DNA from: a virus
Virus record (IMG/VR): IMGVR_UViG_3300034069_001196
Location: 1-64,000 of that record
Direction: 5' to 3' (one strand)
DNA length: 64,000 bases
Shown: positions 50,548-60,965 of the stretch, piece by piece
Numbering within the stretch: the stretch's first letter is position 1
Layout of the letters: every line of letters begins with the position of its first letter
The notes under the pieces: generated by a model
Databases searched by the model: none
What the model was told of the DNA's origin: nothing
The model's input: only the letters and a program-made list of their open reading frames with translations
Position numbers and translations under genes: made by a program

Positions 50548-51404
50548 TACAGGGTCCACAGGTTCGAGCCGTTGGAATGGAAGACGAGCTTTTGGTAGGG
50601 GCTCTGCACCGAGACGTTCGGCTGGCCGCCGATCGTGTCCTGCCCCGCCGCCGCGATGATGATGGGCTTGCTCGTGCCGCAGGACCCGCTCTCGTCGGCG
50701 ATGTAGAGAGGCTGGCCCAGCGGGTACTGCGCAGCCGGCGGCAACGTCAGGGTCCGGGGTGCGGAGATCGCGGTGACGCCGACATAGGTGTCTGTCGCCT
50801 TCACCGAATAGGGCGTGTCGTTGACGGTGGAGCGCCCGATCGAGGGGACGCCGAGCGCCTGGCGGGCGGCGGCGGCATCCGTCGCCTTCAGGACGGCCCG
50901 GCCGACATCGGTGCCGTCGGTGATGGCGGCAGCACTGATTTGGGAAGGCCCCGCCGTGCCCTGTTGGGTCGCTACCACCAGGGTCACGGTCGTGCTCTGC
51001 GAAACCAGCGCGGCCGATGGGATCTGGTCGATGGAGCGCGTGTCGGCCGCGTCGAACACGTCGAAGAAGATCAGCCCGAGCGTCTGGCGCTTCCCGTTGG
51101 TGTCGATTTTCGCGATGAGGATGCGGGTATCCTGATCGGGATCCGCAGCCGAGTAGCCGCCGGGAGCGTTTGCGGTGAGCAGCCGCGAGGCCACCACGTT
51201 GAACTTGCCCTGAGCATCTGAGACGCGAACGATGCCGCCATTGGAAACGGTCAGCGGCTGAAATGTCGAATATCCGGGCAACCACAATTCCGCGACGAGA
51301 ATTGAGCCGGTGAGATCCTGAGCCACGCCTGAGGCATCTTGGTAGATGCACGGAATGACCCAATCATCGCGCGTCCAGCGCTGTAGGGGGGTGATCGCAT
51401 TCAT
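50547..51404 (-). CDS. tail fibre-associated protein
   Basis: ATG at 51404 (ATGA overlap). The longer upstream ORF extension is junk. Confidence 0.6.
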   Translation of the reverse strand: MNAITPLQRWTRDDWVIPCIYQDASGVAQDLTGSILVAELWLPGYSTFQPLTVSNGGIVRVSDAQGKFNVVASRLLTANAPGGYSAADPDQDTRILIAKIDTNGKRQTLGLIFFDVFDAADTRSIDQIPSAALVSQSTTVTLVVATQQGTAGPSQISAAAITDGTDVGRAVLKATDAAAARQALGVPSIGRSTVNDTPYSVKATDTYVGVTAISAPRTLTLPPAAQYPLGQPLYIADESGSCGTSKPIIIAAAGQDTIGGQPNVSVQSPYQKLVFHSNGSNLWTL

Positions 51405-52375
51405 GCCTGCACCTGCTGATTGGTCCCGCTGATGACCCACTTCGAGCCGTTGTCGGTCACCTCGACGCCGGTCCCGGCATTCGCGGCTTCCAAATTGCCG
51501 ACGGCATCCGGCGCGCGGCCGTCGCTGGCGAAAGCCTTCCGACCGCGATTGCCGGGCCGCGGAAGATCGGCCACGACGTAGCTCGGAAGGATTGGCGCGC
51601 TGAGCGGCAGTCCGGACGAAAGCTGCCCCTCGATGGTGCCGATGCGGCCCGCGAGATCGCTCAGATCTGGCGCGTAGGCTCCCGCGAAGGTCACATTTGT
51701 CACGGTGAGGCGATCGACGGCGGTGGCGCCATCGGCTCCGTAGGTCTTGATGAACGGGCGCCATGCCACCGCGCCATCCGGCGGCCTGATGGCGGCGCGA
51801 TCCCGCGCAGTTGACGGAACACGCAACGACAGCGACCGAGATCCTCCCTGAATCTGTAGATTCAGATCCCGGCGGATGAGAGTGGTGCCGACCCCGTTTC
51901 CGCCCGCGTCCAGCCACTGGATGCCGATGTCGATGGCGTTGTTGTTGGGATCAAGGACATCCGTCAGGCGCCAGTACCGCGCCGTCAGGACATAGATCGC
52001 GTCGGGGTCCAGTCCGATCGGTGCAATGGGCGCGATCAGCCCTGCGCCAACGATGCGATAGGCGCGCCCTGAGTTCGTGGAAACCACGCCGGACGGGTCG
52101 AGAGGCTGCAGGGTGGCCGCGTCACCGATGGCCGTCGCAGCATAAGCACTCGGCGCGAGCCCCGGCCCGTTACCCTGGACGAGCGAAAGCAGCAAACCGA
52201 TAAAGGAACGCGTCACCCGGTCGTTGAGCGCATCGAACTGCGCGCGAATGTCATCGAGTTGACCTTGGACGCCGTCGAACTGCGCCTGGACGTCGTCGAA
52301 CTGAGCAAGGCCGTCGTTGATCTTGTTCCTGGTCGTGACCGGATCATCGCCGGCGGAGATCTTGGGTAGAGACAT
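51401..52375 (-). CDS. tail fibre protein with N-terminal (A)QFD heptad-like repeats
   Basis: LAQFDDVQAQFDGVQGQLDDIRAQFDALNDRV, followed by a beta-rich domain. Confidence 0.6.
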   Translation of the reverse strand: MSLPKISAGDDPVTTRNKINDGLAQFDDVQAQFDGVQGQLDDIRAQFDALNDRVTRSFIGLLLSLVQGNGPGLAPSAYAATAIGDAATLQPLDPSGVVSTNSGRAYRIVGAGLIAPIAPIGLDPDAIYVLTARYWRLTDVLDPNNNAIDIGIQWLDAGGNGVGTTLIRRDLNLQIQGGSRSLSLRVPSTARDRAAIRPPDGAVAWRPFIKTYGADGATAVDRLTVTNVTFAGAYAPDLSDLAGRIGTIEGQLSSGLPLSAPILPSYVVADLPRPGNRGRKAFASDGRAPDAVGNLEAANAGTGVEVTDNGSKWVISGTNQQVQA

Positions 52376-52398
52376 GCGACCCTCGTCGGTGGCGTGTT

Positions 52399-53112
52399 TC
52401 AGAAGGCCTCGGCGAGGCTGAGCGTGATGTCCGAGAGCGGCGACGTGGCCGATTCGATGTCGCCCTGATCCGCGTCAGCCATCCGCATCACGCACTTCGG
52501 GTTGGCGAAGTTGACCACGGTGCCGGCGGGATAATCGTCCCTGAGCCAGGGGCGGATTCTGACGTCGACGACACCGGGCACCGCGAGGCCGCCGTCGCCG
52601 ACCGGGTCTTGCGATGCCAAGCCGACGATGATGTGCAGCCGGTCGCCGATCTGTAGATACTGGCCGCTGCGGAGCGGCCCGCCCGTCTCTCGGAGGATCG
52701 AGATCGTCGTCGCGTTCATCGCGACATCAGCGGCCAGCGAGAACACGAGGCCGCCGGCGAGCGCCGCGTTCGACTGGTACTCTGGATCGAGCTTCGCGCT
52801 TCTGGCGGCGAGGCCGGGCGTGATCTGCGTGCCGGTGAGCGGATCGACGGCCCATGGCTGGCCGCGCCAGTCCGTGGGGCCGATCATCATCGTGCCGAAC
52901 TGGCCGTCGAGGCCGGCAATGAACCCGCGGGCGTCGCTCTGCGCATTCTCATCGTCGAGCAGGTGGAACGACACCTTGGCGAGCCAGCGCCCGGACGGGC
53001 TGGCGGCGAACTGTTGGGTGCCTGTCATGCCCTGCCCGCCCGAGCGGCTGGCGCCTGAGATGCGCCACGCCTCGGAGAAAGGCCGCATCGAGGCCGGAAG
53101 CTGAAGCGCCAT
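52399..53112 (-). CDS. tail protein, function unknown
   Basis: 237-aa ORF coupled to the host-specificity gene. Confidence 0.6.
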   Translation of the reverse strand: MALQLPASMRPFSEAWRISGASRSGGQGMTGTQQFAASPSGRWLAKVSFHLLDDENAQSDARGFIAGLDGQFGTMMIGPTDWRGQPWAVDPLTGTQITPGLAARSAKLDPEYQSNAALAGGLVFSLAADVAMNATTISILRETGGPLRSGQYLQIGDRLHIIVGLASQDPVGDGGLAVPGVVDVRIRPWLRDDYPAGTVVNFANPKCVMRMADADQGDIESATSPLSDITLSLAEAF

Positions 53113-55181
53113 CAGGTCACCGTCACCGTGATCGGATTCGTCGTGCTCGTGGCATCGCCGTACCCGGAGCGGTTAAAGGCCCGGACCCAATAGGTGACCT
53201 GGCCAATCGGCGGGCTATCCGTTCCGTCGAAGGCTTGGTTCGGCGAACCGTTGAGCGTCCGGACCACCTGAGCATTGGCGAAGTTGGTGGTCGCCGACCG
53301 GTAGACACGGGCGAATGCGAAGTTGGCTGCGTTCGGAGATGTGAAGGCGTAGCGCGCTGAGCCGACACCGCCGGTCGCTGCAAATCCAGTCGGCGCCCCG
53401 GTCGAGGTGACATCCGATGTCGCTGTGATCGGGCTCAGCGCGGCCGGCAGATAGTCCGAGACCAACCCTCGACCGTAGGTGGCCACTGCACCCTGGACCT
53501 CATACTGAGCGCCATCGGTCAGCACTTGCGAGATCAGCGAGAACGGATCGTCGGTGTCCTGCGCCATCTCGGAGTAGTCGGCGCTGCCAACGACGCAATA
53601 GCGACCAATCAGCGAGAGATCCTGCCGGACGGGCGCGGTAGCCGTGAGGCGGAGGAAGGTCGCGTTGATCTGGCCGTTTACCGCGCGCCGCTCGATCGCG
53701 ACGGTGAGATCTTGTGGCGGTGCCGGCGGGGCATCAGACGCCGTGGTGTTCGGCAGCGCGGGCGGGACGCCCTCCTCGGTCTGCGCGTCGAACGTGTAGA
53801 TCGCCGGGTCGATGCTCGCCAGATCGAGCGTCACGGTTCCTTGCTGCAGGTTGGCAACCGACCGCTTCACCGCGAACACCAGATCGATGCCGTAGATCGG
53901 AGAAGTGAACCGGATCGACTCCTCGAACAGCGCCGCAGCGGCAGACAGCTTGAAGACGCCCGTGATCGTGAAGGCCGGATTACCCTTCCCCATCGCGATT
54001 TTGGCGAGGCGCCGCGCCTGCTCGAAATACGGCACCCACGGCCGGGAAAAGTCCTCCTCCAGGAGCTCGCCGGACGCCTGCTGTGCAGCCAGGTCGTCCC
54101 ACGGCTGCGCCTCGACCTGCTGATAATCCTGGTTCCGGTCGACATAGGTGATCTTCAGCCGGTTGAAGGTCGCCAGCTTCGAGCCGCCTGCCTCGATCTG
54201 CAGCGAGATCACATCGGCGTCGGTCAGGGTGACCGTCGGGACCGGGAATTGGCCGCCGGTGATCCCGATCGTGCCGTCGGCCTCCAGGGTCAGCGCCCCA
54301 TCGCAGGTCGACAGCATCGCGGTCAGGGTATCGACCGGATCATCCGTGAACTGGTACGTGCCCCCGAGGTAATAGCGGCTCCGGACCGTGCCGTCCTTCG
54401 TGGTGACGGGGCCGGCACAGAGGGCGGCGAACTGCCGGAACTTCTCCTGGTTGATGAGGCTGCGTGGGACCCGCAATCCCCATTCGTGCGTGAGGAAATC
54501 GCAGATGCACGGGCCCGATATGTCGCTCCAGCGCCAGGTGGCCGAGTTGTAGAAATCCTGCGCCGGGTCGAGCGGGTTGTAGACTAGAGATGATCGACCG
54601 ACGACGCGAAGGGTAGGCCAACTGCTTTTGGGAAAATAGTTCTTGAACTTCTTTTCGGTGGGAGCGGCCGACTTCACGGCAGAATAGACACATCCGTAGA
54701 GGTGGTGGCTGCCATCCCATCCGGGGGTCATGGACAGGATCGTCGATGGGGCCTGATTGTTCGTGCCGAGATGACTGTCGATCGCGACGTAACCGCGCCA
54801 GGGCGTTGTGTGGACGGTGCCGCCCAACGTGCCATTGTTGATGTCGGTCAGCAAATCGTCGAGCCACCACTCCTCGAATGCATCCCACGGGCCTTCACCG
54901 TGATAGAGGCCATAGTAGAAAGCCCCACCCACCGACTTGTACTGCACATATGAGCCAGCCAATTTGACCCGGCCGTAGCTGCGCTGGCGCACCGGCACGG
55001 GCTGCCGCGAGGCGTATTGCTGGCTGGCGACCTTCTGCGAATCCCCCTGCAGCGTGCCTGCGAGCAGGTTGATGCCGGTGCCGGCCACGAGCAGCGCCGC
55101 ACCGCCGATGATCGTGGCCGTGGTCGCGGTGACCTCGACCGCAACCGCGCTGGCGATGGCGAACCCAATTGCCTCAGCCAC
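53112..55181 (-). CDS. host-specificity / central tail fibre protein (lambda J or GTA g15-like)
   Basis: 689 aa. Hydrophobic Gly/Ala-rich N-terminus. Position after the NlpC/P60-like gene. FN3-like C-terminus. Confidence 0.8.
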   Translation of the reverse strand: MAEAIGFAIASAVAVEVTATTATIIGGAALLVAGTGINLLAGTLQGDSQKVASQQYASRQPVPVRQRSYGRVKLAGSYVQYKSVGGAFYYGLYHGEGPWDAFEEWWLDDLLTDINNGTLGGTVHTTPWRGYVAIDSHLGTNNQAPSTILSMTPGWDGSHHLYGCVYSAVKSAAPTEKKFKNYFPKSSWPTLRVVGRSSLVYNPLDPAQDFYNSATWRWSDISGPCICDFLTHEWGLRVPRSLINQEKFRQFAALCAGPVTTKDGTVRSRYYLGGTYQFTDDPVDTLTAMLSTCDGALTLEADGTIGITGGQFPVPTVTLTDADVISLQIEAGGSKLATFNRLKITYVDRNQDYQQVEAQPWDDLAAQQASGELLEEDFSRPWVPYFEQARRLAKIAMGKGNPAFTITGVFKLSAAAALFEESIRFTSPIYGIDLVFAVKRSVANLQQGTVTLDLASIDPAIYTFDAQTEEGVPPALPNTTASDAPPAPPQDLTVAIERRAVNGQINATFLRLTATAPVRQDLSLIGRYCVVGSADYSEMAQDTDDPFSLISQVLTDGAQYEVQGAVATYGRGLVSDYLPAALSPITATSDVTSTGAPTGFAATGGVGSARYAFTSPNAANFAFARVYRSATTNFANAQVVRTLNGSPNQAFDGTDSPPIGQVTYWVRAFNRSGYGDATSTTNPITVTVT

Positions 55182-55569
55182 GGGCGAGGCTCCACGCGCA
55201 CAGCATCGGCATGTCCTCGATCAGCACGCCCCGCTCGGCTTTGGCCGCCCAAGCGCCCGGCACTCGGATGGCCGCGATGTCCTGGCCGGGATGGCTCACC
55301 ACACCCACGTCGCCGACGGCGGGCGTGTCGGTCTCAACGAAGCCGGCGGCGGCCATGTGCTGGCGCCACATTGGCAGGAACCCGCCATAGCCACGGATCA
55401 GCCGGAGGGCGCCGGTCGCGGTCGAGTAGGCGCCGCGCAACGACACCGCCGGATCCACTCCGGTTTGCTGCCGCACCCAATCCGCCACCATGAAACAGCA
55501 GTCGTCATGCGGGCGTGCGAAAGGGCGCCCCATCGCGGCGTGAAGGTAGGCCTGAAGCTCAGGGGGCAT
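55174..55569 (-). CDS. NlpC/P60-like tail-associated peptidase (lambda K or GTA g14 position)
   Basis: HDDCCFMVADWV (candidate catalytic Cys) and GDVGVVSHPG. 131 aa. Confidence 0.6.
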   Translation of the reverse strand: MPPELQAYLHAAMGRPFARPHDDCCFMVADWVRQQTGVDPAVSLRGAYSTATGALRLIRGYGGFLPMWRQHMAAAGFVETDTPAVGDVGVVSHPGQDIAAIRVPGAWAAKAERGVLIEDMPMLCAWSLARG

Positions 55570-55572
55570 TGT

Positions 55573-55719
55573 TTAGCGCCAGCTACCCACGACACACACG
55601 CCGCCGAAGCCGCGCGGAATGAAAACCTGGTTCTCGCCACACGAGAACTGCTGTTGCCCGGCGAGCCACATCACGCCGAAAATCAAGGCCATGAGCGGCC
55701 AGACCATCCAAGGCTTCAT
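55573..55719 (-). CDS. possible 48-aa membrane peptide
   Basis: MKPWMVWPLMALIFGVMWLAGQQQFSCGENQVFIPRGFGGVCVVGSWR. Fills the gap between tail genes. Confidence 0.35.
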   Translation of the reverse strand: MKPWMVWPLMALIFGVMWLAGQQQFSCGENQVFIPRGFGGVCVVGSWR

Positions 55720-55726
55720 CGGGACC

Positions 55727-56290
55727 TCAGTACGTCGGCCAATTCTCAGTCGCCTGCACGAGGCGCGAGATCTCGCTGCAGCCGAAATCGCCCGGATACC
55801 GGCTCTGCTGAGTCGCGTCGGACAGGTAGGCCAGCGCGGGGCGGCGCCGGCGGTAGAGCAGCGTCACGGTGCTGACCGTGATGGTCGAGGCGCTGACGTC
55901 GGACGTGATCTTGGCTCGGTCCATGAGGCCATTCCAGATCGCGATCGGCTTATCGACGGGAGCGAGGTTCTCGTCGAAATACTGCTCGAAGATGATGCAG
56001 GGCTGGCCTTTGACCTCGTGCGAAGCGGCGAGCGCCCTGGCTGCGATCTCCGGATCGATTCCTGAGAGCGTGAGCGTCGGCGTCTGGCTCGATACCAAGG
56101 CCCGTTCCAGGTCGGACACCGTTCCGAGATTGCCGACGCCCTGCCACACCTGCCCGTTGGCATCCTTCAGCGGGCCCGGCCCGGTCCAGACGTACATCGT
56201 GCCGCTGGTGAATCCGAGTTGGACGAGCAGCGCCACGAACAGTTGCTGACGCTGCTGAATCGCACGGACGAGGTCAGGATAGCCGCTCAT
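55727..56290 (-). CDS. distal/minor tail protein
   Basis: 187-aa ORF. The start overlaps the tape-measure stop. Confidence 0.65.
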   Translation of the reverse strand: MSGYPDLVRAIQQRQQLFVALLVQLGFTSGTMYVWTGPGPLKDANGQVWQGVGNLGTVSDLERALVSSQTPTLTLSGIDPEIAARALAASHEVKGQPCIIFEQYFDENLAPVDKPIAIWNGLMDRAKITSDVSASTITVSTVTLLYRRRRPALAYLSDATQQSRYPGDFGCSEISRLVQATENWPTY

Positions 56291-59200
56291 CAGCCGAACG
56301 CCCGCTTGTCAGCCTTCTGCCGATCGAACTGCGTCCGGCGCTGCTCCTGATCGTAGGACGACAGCGTTGAGCGCACCCGAGCGTCGACTTCCGCCAGCGA
56401 CAGGTTCGATCCCCGCAGGTCGAAGCTAAATTGGCGCGCATCGACGGCCTGCTGCGGCCCGTTCGCATTGGCCGCGATCGGCGCGAGCGGCGCCTTCATG
56501 TCCGGCATCTCGACAAAGCCGCCGTCGGCATAGCCACGGAGACCGTCGAAGAAGCCCCGGCCGATCCGGCTGACCGTGCCGGAGTCGATCACGTACTCGC
56601 CGCGGTGGACGATGCCGGCCGGCTCGTACTTGCCCCCGTGACCGGTGTAGCCGCCGTCAGCAAAGCCGAACAGTTTGCCGATCCCGCCGAACAGGTCGAA
56701 GCCACCACCGCCACCGCCACCGGATGACCCGCCGCCTAGAATGCTGCCGAACAGCTTTGAGAAGATGGCATCGGTGCCGAACTGGATCAGCTTGTCGCCG
56801 ATCTTGTTCAGCGCGCTGGCGAACGCATTGGCGACCGACGTGCCGTGGCTGAGGTCGGTGATGATGCCGGAGAACGCGCCCTGGCTGGTGTCCTTGACCT
56901 GTTTCAGGGTGTCGAGCGCCTGCGACTGAGCGATGACGAACTGCGCGCTGGCCGAACTTGTGTCGCCCACCAGGGATCGAGCCTGCGAATAGGCCGCCCC
57001 CTCTGCTGCGGTCCGTCCGAGTTGGTCGCGCTGGAATCCGGTGTCGCTGGCGAACTGCTGCAGCTTGATCTGCTGAGCCGCGCTCGCCGTCTGCGTCGCC
57101 AGCCCCTTGATCGAGGCTGCCAGCGCATCGCTCGCCGGCACACCGGCATCGAGCAGGGCGTTGTAGCGCTTGGTCGCCTCAGCAGTCGCCTCCAAGGCGA
57201 GACCGTTCTGCCCGTAGTTCTGCGTGACGTTGCGCAGCGTGTCGTTCTGGTCCCTCAGGGCCCGCGTGTAGGCATCCTGATCGCGGCCCTGAGCGAGCGA
57301 CGAGGGATCGCCCATTTGCCCGGCGCGCCGCAGCACGTCGTTCGCATAGGCCGTGTTCGCAGCGTCGTCCTTGCTGCCGTAATAGTTCTTGAGCGCCTTG
57401 AACTGGTCGCCCCCGGCCTGATCCAGCTTCATCTGGAACACGCCCGCGATGCCGGCGGCCCCCTGCGCCGGATCGGTCCGGTCGAAGGTCGACGGCAGGT
57501 AACCGTTGCGGATCGCGTCCGCAGCCGTGCCTCTGGTGATCTGGCCAAGGCCATAGGCCGACGTGGACGGGCGACCGTCCGGACCAAGCACCTTCGTGCC
57601 GCCGATGTTCGCGTTGCCGCCCGACTCCTTATCCGCGATGCCGGCGATCAGCGCCGCAGGCACCTTCCCGAATTGCTGACCGGCCGCGATGATCTGAGCC
57701 TGCACGCTCTGCGACATGCGCGAGAAGGCGCCGCCGATCTGATTGCCCTCCAGGGTGCTGCTCTTTTCGAGGCTCTGGAGCAGCGTGACGCGCTCCTGCT
57801 CGATCGACTGCAACCGGGCATTGATATCGCTCTGGTTGCCGCCCTGGCGCCGAACGTCGATCTCCTTATTCGCGGCGTTCTCGTTGATCGTTGCGGCGCT
57901 GAGGCCCTGCTGCGTGAAGCCGATGGTGCGCTGCTGGAAGCCGGCGGTGCGGAGGGCATCGGCAAATCCGGACCCGCCGGCCATGAGATCCTCGCGAAGC
58001 TGCTTGGCCTGCGTCAGGAGTCCTTCCATGGCGCGCCGAGCGTTGCCCTGCTCGTCGAAGGGCAGCTTCGCGAAATTGGTAGCGATGTCCTTCGCCATGT
58101 CGCTGATCTTCTTGATCTGCTCATTGGCGGGGTCGAGGGCGCGGACGTAATCGCCGATGCGCGTGCTGGTCTGATTCTGCTGAGCCTGCTGAATGCGCTC
58201 GTCGCGCTTCCGGACGTCCTCCTTGAGCTTGTTGACCTCATCCTGCGCTAGGCGCTCGTCTCTGCTCGCTACACCCGGCAGGAGCGAACCGAATGCACCG
58301 GCGGACCGGGCCCGGCTGTTCTCCAGCACCTTCTGCGCGGTCGCGAGGCGCTCCTCCAGCGAACCGCCTGTGACCGCTTTGTCGACGGCGCCGCCGACCT
58401 TGTCCCAGACGTCGCTGATGGTGGCGCCGACCGCAGCCGTGGTCCGCCCCCACGCGCTGGTGAGCTCCGTCGCGCTGGTCAGACCGCTCTTATAGGTGTC
58501 GAGCAGGAGCTTCTGCGCACCGAGACGATCGCCCTGCGCGGCGAGGCGCTGGATGTTCTCGCGGGTGGTGTCGTTGAGGATGGCAAGCTGCTTGTCGAGG
58601 GTGTCGGCGCCCTTGGCCGGATCAGCGAACGCCTCCGCGAGGGCCTTCGTCGCGTCCGGCACGCTCTGCCCGGTCGTGGCCGCATAATCCTTCACCGACC
58701 CGATCAGGCCACCATACATCTCGGTGCCGATCTTGCCGGTGGCGGCGAACTCGCCCGCCATCTCCCGAGCCGACCGGACCGAAACACCACCGGCGGCGGC
58801 GCTGGCCGACGCAACGGCATTGATCTGCGCGACAGTTGCTCCCGAAGCGCGACCAACGCCCGAAAGGTTCTGTGCCAGAGCCGTCTGCGTCGAGGCATAG
58901 GACTGCTGCGCAGTCACGCCCGCCAGCACCGCCGCGGTCACGCCGGCAAAGGCACCCCCGACAGGGCCTATGCGCCGCGCAACGCTCATCGCGGTTTCGC
59001 CGATACCCGCCAGCGCACCGCGCACGCCGCCCTGGCCGCCCTGAAGCACCTGGAAGATCTGGCCGCCCTGCTGGGCGAACGTCTGCATCGGGGAGATGCC
59101 GGACGCCAAGGACGTCACGACATCATTGATCTGGAAGCTGAGATTCTGCCAGCCGTAGGCGGACAGGCCGACCCCCTTCGCCAGCCGGGCATTGGCGTCT

Positions 59201-60921
59201 TCAGCCTTCCGCAATTCGTTGGTCTGCGCGAGCAGCGTGTTCCGAGCACGGGCGACTGCCGCCTCGAACTCGCCTTGGTCGATGATCCCGGCTTCCAGGG
59301 CCTTGTTGGCAGATTCCTGCGCCGCCTCGAACTGCTGAGTGACAGCGAACATCGGCACGAGGGCGGCGCGCTGTTTCGTCAGGCTGGCCGCATACGCCTC
59401 AGCCTCCGCCCCGGCCTTCTGCGCGGCGGCATTGATCTGCGACTGCAACGCGGCATTGGCGCTGTCATCGCGCACCGTGCCGCTCATGTTACTCAGTGAG
59501 CCGAGCTTGTTCGATGCTTGGATGTTCTGGAACGCGGTCCGTCCCTGCTCTCCAAGCTGAGACCATGCCGCCCGCAGGTCCGAAGCCGAGCGCGCGGCGG
59601 CGCCTTGGATCTCAACCACGCCATTCAGCGCCTTGATCTGGTCCGCGAAAGCGTCCTTCTGCTGCGCGAGGTTGGTGTTGAACACCTCCTGGCTGATCGC
59701 GCCGGCGGCGAAGGCCTGCCGGAGATCCTGAAGCCCGGACAGGTACTGCTGCTGCGCCCGATACAGCGGGTCGTATTTCGCCCGCGTGTTGCTCAGCGCC
59801 TGGCCATAGGCGTCGATGTCAGCCGCTCGCGATTCGGTGCCGAAATCGTCACGCACTCCGAGCAGCTTGTTGAACTGCTCCTGAGCGGAGGCTGCAAGCG
59901 CGGTCGCCTGTGCGGCCTTCGTCTGCGCATCGACGACGCCATTGATCTTCGCCACAGCGGCATCGAGCAGTGCACCTTGCTCGGCGAACCGGGCATTGTA
60001 AACGCCCTGCGAGATCGCGCCGACCGAGAGGGCCTTGTCGAGTTCCTCGACGGTCCGGATGTAAGACTGCTCAGCGGCGAACAGCGGGTCGAACTTCGCC
60101 TGCAGCGCGTCGAGGCTCTTGGCGTAAGCCTCGATGTCTCCTCCCCGGTCCGGCACGACGAGTTGCGAATTGACCGATCGCTGGGCGGACTCCTTCTGGA
60201 CCTGCGCAATGCGCTCCAGCACCTGGATCTGGTCGTTGTACGACCGGGTCGCCTTCTGCCGCGCGTCGTTCGCAATCTCGGTGGTCAGGATGCCCGCGCG
60301 CTCGGCGTCGGTGACCTCCTTCACGGTCGCGGCATAGCGCTGGGCCGCCGCGAACATCTGGTCGTATTTCGCCCGCAGCTTATCGCCGGCAGCAGCCGCG
60401 GCCTCGAAAGCGGCCGCGCGGTCCTCGCCAGCGCCACCGCCGCCGCCCCCTCCTCCGACGCCAAGGCGCTGATTGATCGTCTTCTGGTAGGACGCGGCAG
60501 CGGCCTCCTGCGCCTCACGGGCCTGGATCGTGGCCTGAGCGGCGGCGCGCTGAGCAGCCTCGAACGCCTGCGCCTCCTTGGCTGCCGCACCGAATCGTGT
60601 CTGCAACAGGCCGATCTGCCGCTCATAGGTCGCGACGTCGGTGGCGCCCTGCTGGAGCGCTCGGTCAGCGTTCTCGAGTCCCCGCCGCAGGTTCTCAGCC
60701 GCGCGGAAGCTCTCATCGACCTTAAGCCGCCAGCGGTCGAACGCGCCCGCAGCCGATAGGGTCTTTTTCGATGCGAGGTCCGTGATGACCGCGGACGAAT
60801 TGACGACATCCCCCAGCTTCTGCTGGGCGTCGGCAGTCGCCTGGAGGTCGCGACGAACCGCGTCGCCACCCTCAGAGATCTGCTGCACCCGAATGCGGCG
60901 GATGGTTTCGATTGTCGGCAT
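56290..60921 (-). CDS. tail tape measure protein with internal lytic-transglycosylase (SLT)-like domain
   Basis: About 1540 aa, Ala/Gln-rich helical repeats. IADKESGGNANIGG...STSAYGLGQITRGTA. Poly-Gly runs. ATG at 60921 preferred over GTG at 60993. Confidence 0.88.
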   Translation of the reverse strand: MPTIETIRRIRVQQISEGGDAVRRDLQATADAQQKLGDVVNSSAVITDLASKKTLSAAGAFDRWRLKVDESFRAAENLRRGLENADRALQQGATDVATYERQIGLLQTRFGAAAKEAQAFEAAQRAAAQATIQAREAQEAAAASYQKTINQRLGVGGGGGGGGAGEDRAAAFEAAAAAGDKLRAKYDQMFAAAQRYAATVKEVTDAERAGILTTEIANDARQKATRSYNDQIQVLERIAQVQKESAQRSVNSQLVVPDRGGDIEAYAKSLDALQAKFDPLFAAEQSYIRTVEELDKALSVGAISQGVYNARFAEQGALLDAAVAKINGVVDAQTKAAQATALAASAQEQFNKLLGVRDDFGTESRAADIDAYGQALSNTRAKYDPLYRAQQQYLSGLQDLRQAFAAGAISQEVFNTNLAQQKDAFADQIKALNGVVEIQGAAARSASDLRAAWSQLGEQGRTAFQNIQASNKLGSLSNMSGTVRDDSANAALQSQINAAAQKAGAEAEAYAASLTKQRAALVPMFAVTQQFEAAQESANKALEAGIIDQGEFEAAVARARNTLLAQTNELRKAEDANARLAKGVGLSAYGWQNLSFQINDVVTSLASGISPMQTFAQQGGQIFQVLQGGQGGVRGALAGIGETAMSVARRIGPVGGAFAGVTAAVLAGVTAQQSYASTQTALAQNLSGVGRASGATVAQINAVASASAAAGGVSVRSAREMAGEFAATGKIGTEMYGGLIGSVKDYAATTGQSVPDATKALAEAFADPAKGADTLDKQLAILNDTTRENIQRLAAQGDRLGAQKLLLDTYKSGLTSATELTSAWGRTTAAVGATISDVWDKVGGAVDKAVTGGSLEERLATAQKVLENSRARSAGAFGSLLPGVASRDERLAQDEVNKLKEDVRKRDERIQQAQQNQTSTRIGDYVRALDPANEQIKKISDMAKDIATNFAKLPFDEQGNARRAMEGLLTQAKQLREDLMAGGSGFADALRTAGFQQRTIGFTQQGLSAATINENAANKEIDVRRQGGNQSDINARLQSIEQERVTLLQSLEKSSTLEGNQIGGAFSRMSQSVQAQIIAAGQQFGKVPAALIAGIADKESGGNANIGGTKVLGPDGRPSTSAYGLGQITRGTAADAIRNGYLPSTFDRTDPAQGAAGIAGVFQMKLDQAGGDQFKALKNYYGSKDDAANTAYANDVLRRAGQMGDPSSLAQGRDQDAYTRALRDQNDTLRNVTQNYGQNGLALEATAEATKRYNALLDAGVPASDALAASIKGLATQTASAAQQIKLQQFASDTGFQRDQLGRTAAEGAAYSQARSLVGDTSSASAQFVIAQSQALDTLKQVKDTSQGAFSGIITDLSHGTSVANAFASALNKIGDKLIQFGTDAIFSKLFGSILGGGSSGGGGGGGFDLFGGIGKLFGFADGGYTGHGGKYEPAGIVHRGEYVIDSGTVSRIGRGFFDGLRGYADGGFVEMPDMKAPLAPIAANANGPQQAVDARQFSFDLRGSNLSLAEVDARVRSTLSSYDQEQRRTQFDRQKADKRAFG

Positions 60922-60965
60922 GGATGATCCGTGCGAGTCGGGTCTAAGCCGTGAGGAGCAAGTGC

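Noticed and set aside
50547-51917. 456-aa version of the tail-fibre-associated gene, and the 847-aa version of the beta-helix gene (48820-51363).
   Set aside because: The N-terminal extensions are Arg-rich junk overlapping the upstream genes. Internal ATGs at 51404 and 50547 give ATGA/TAATG coupling and sensible N-termini.
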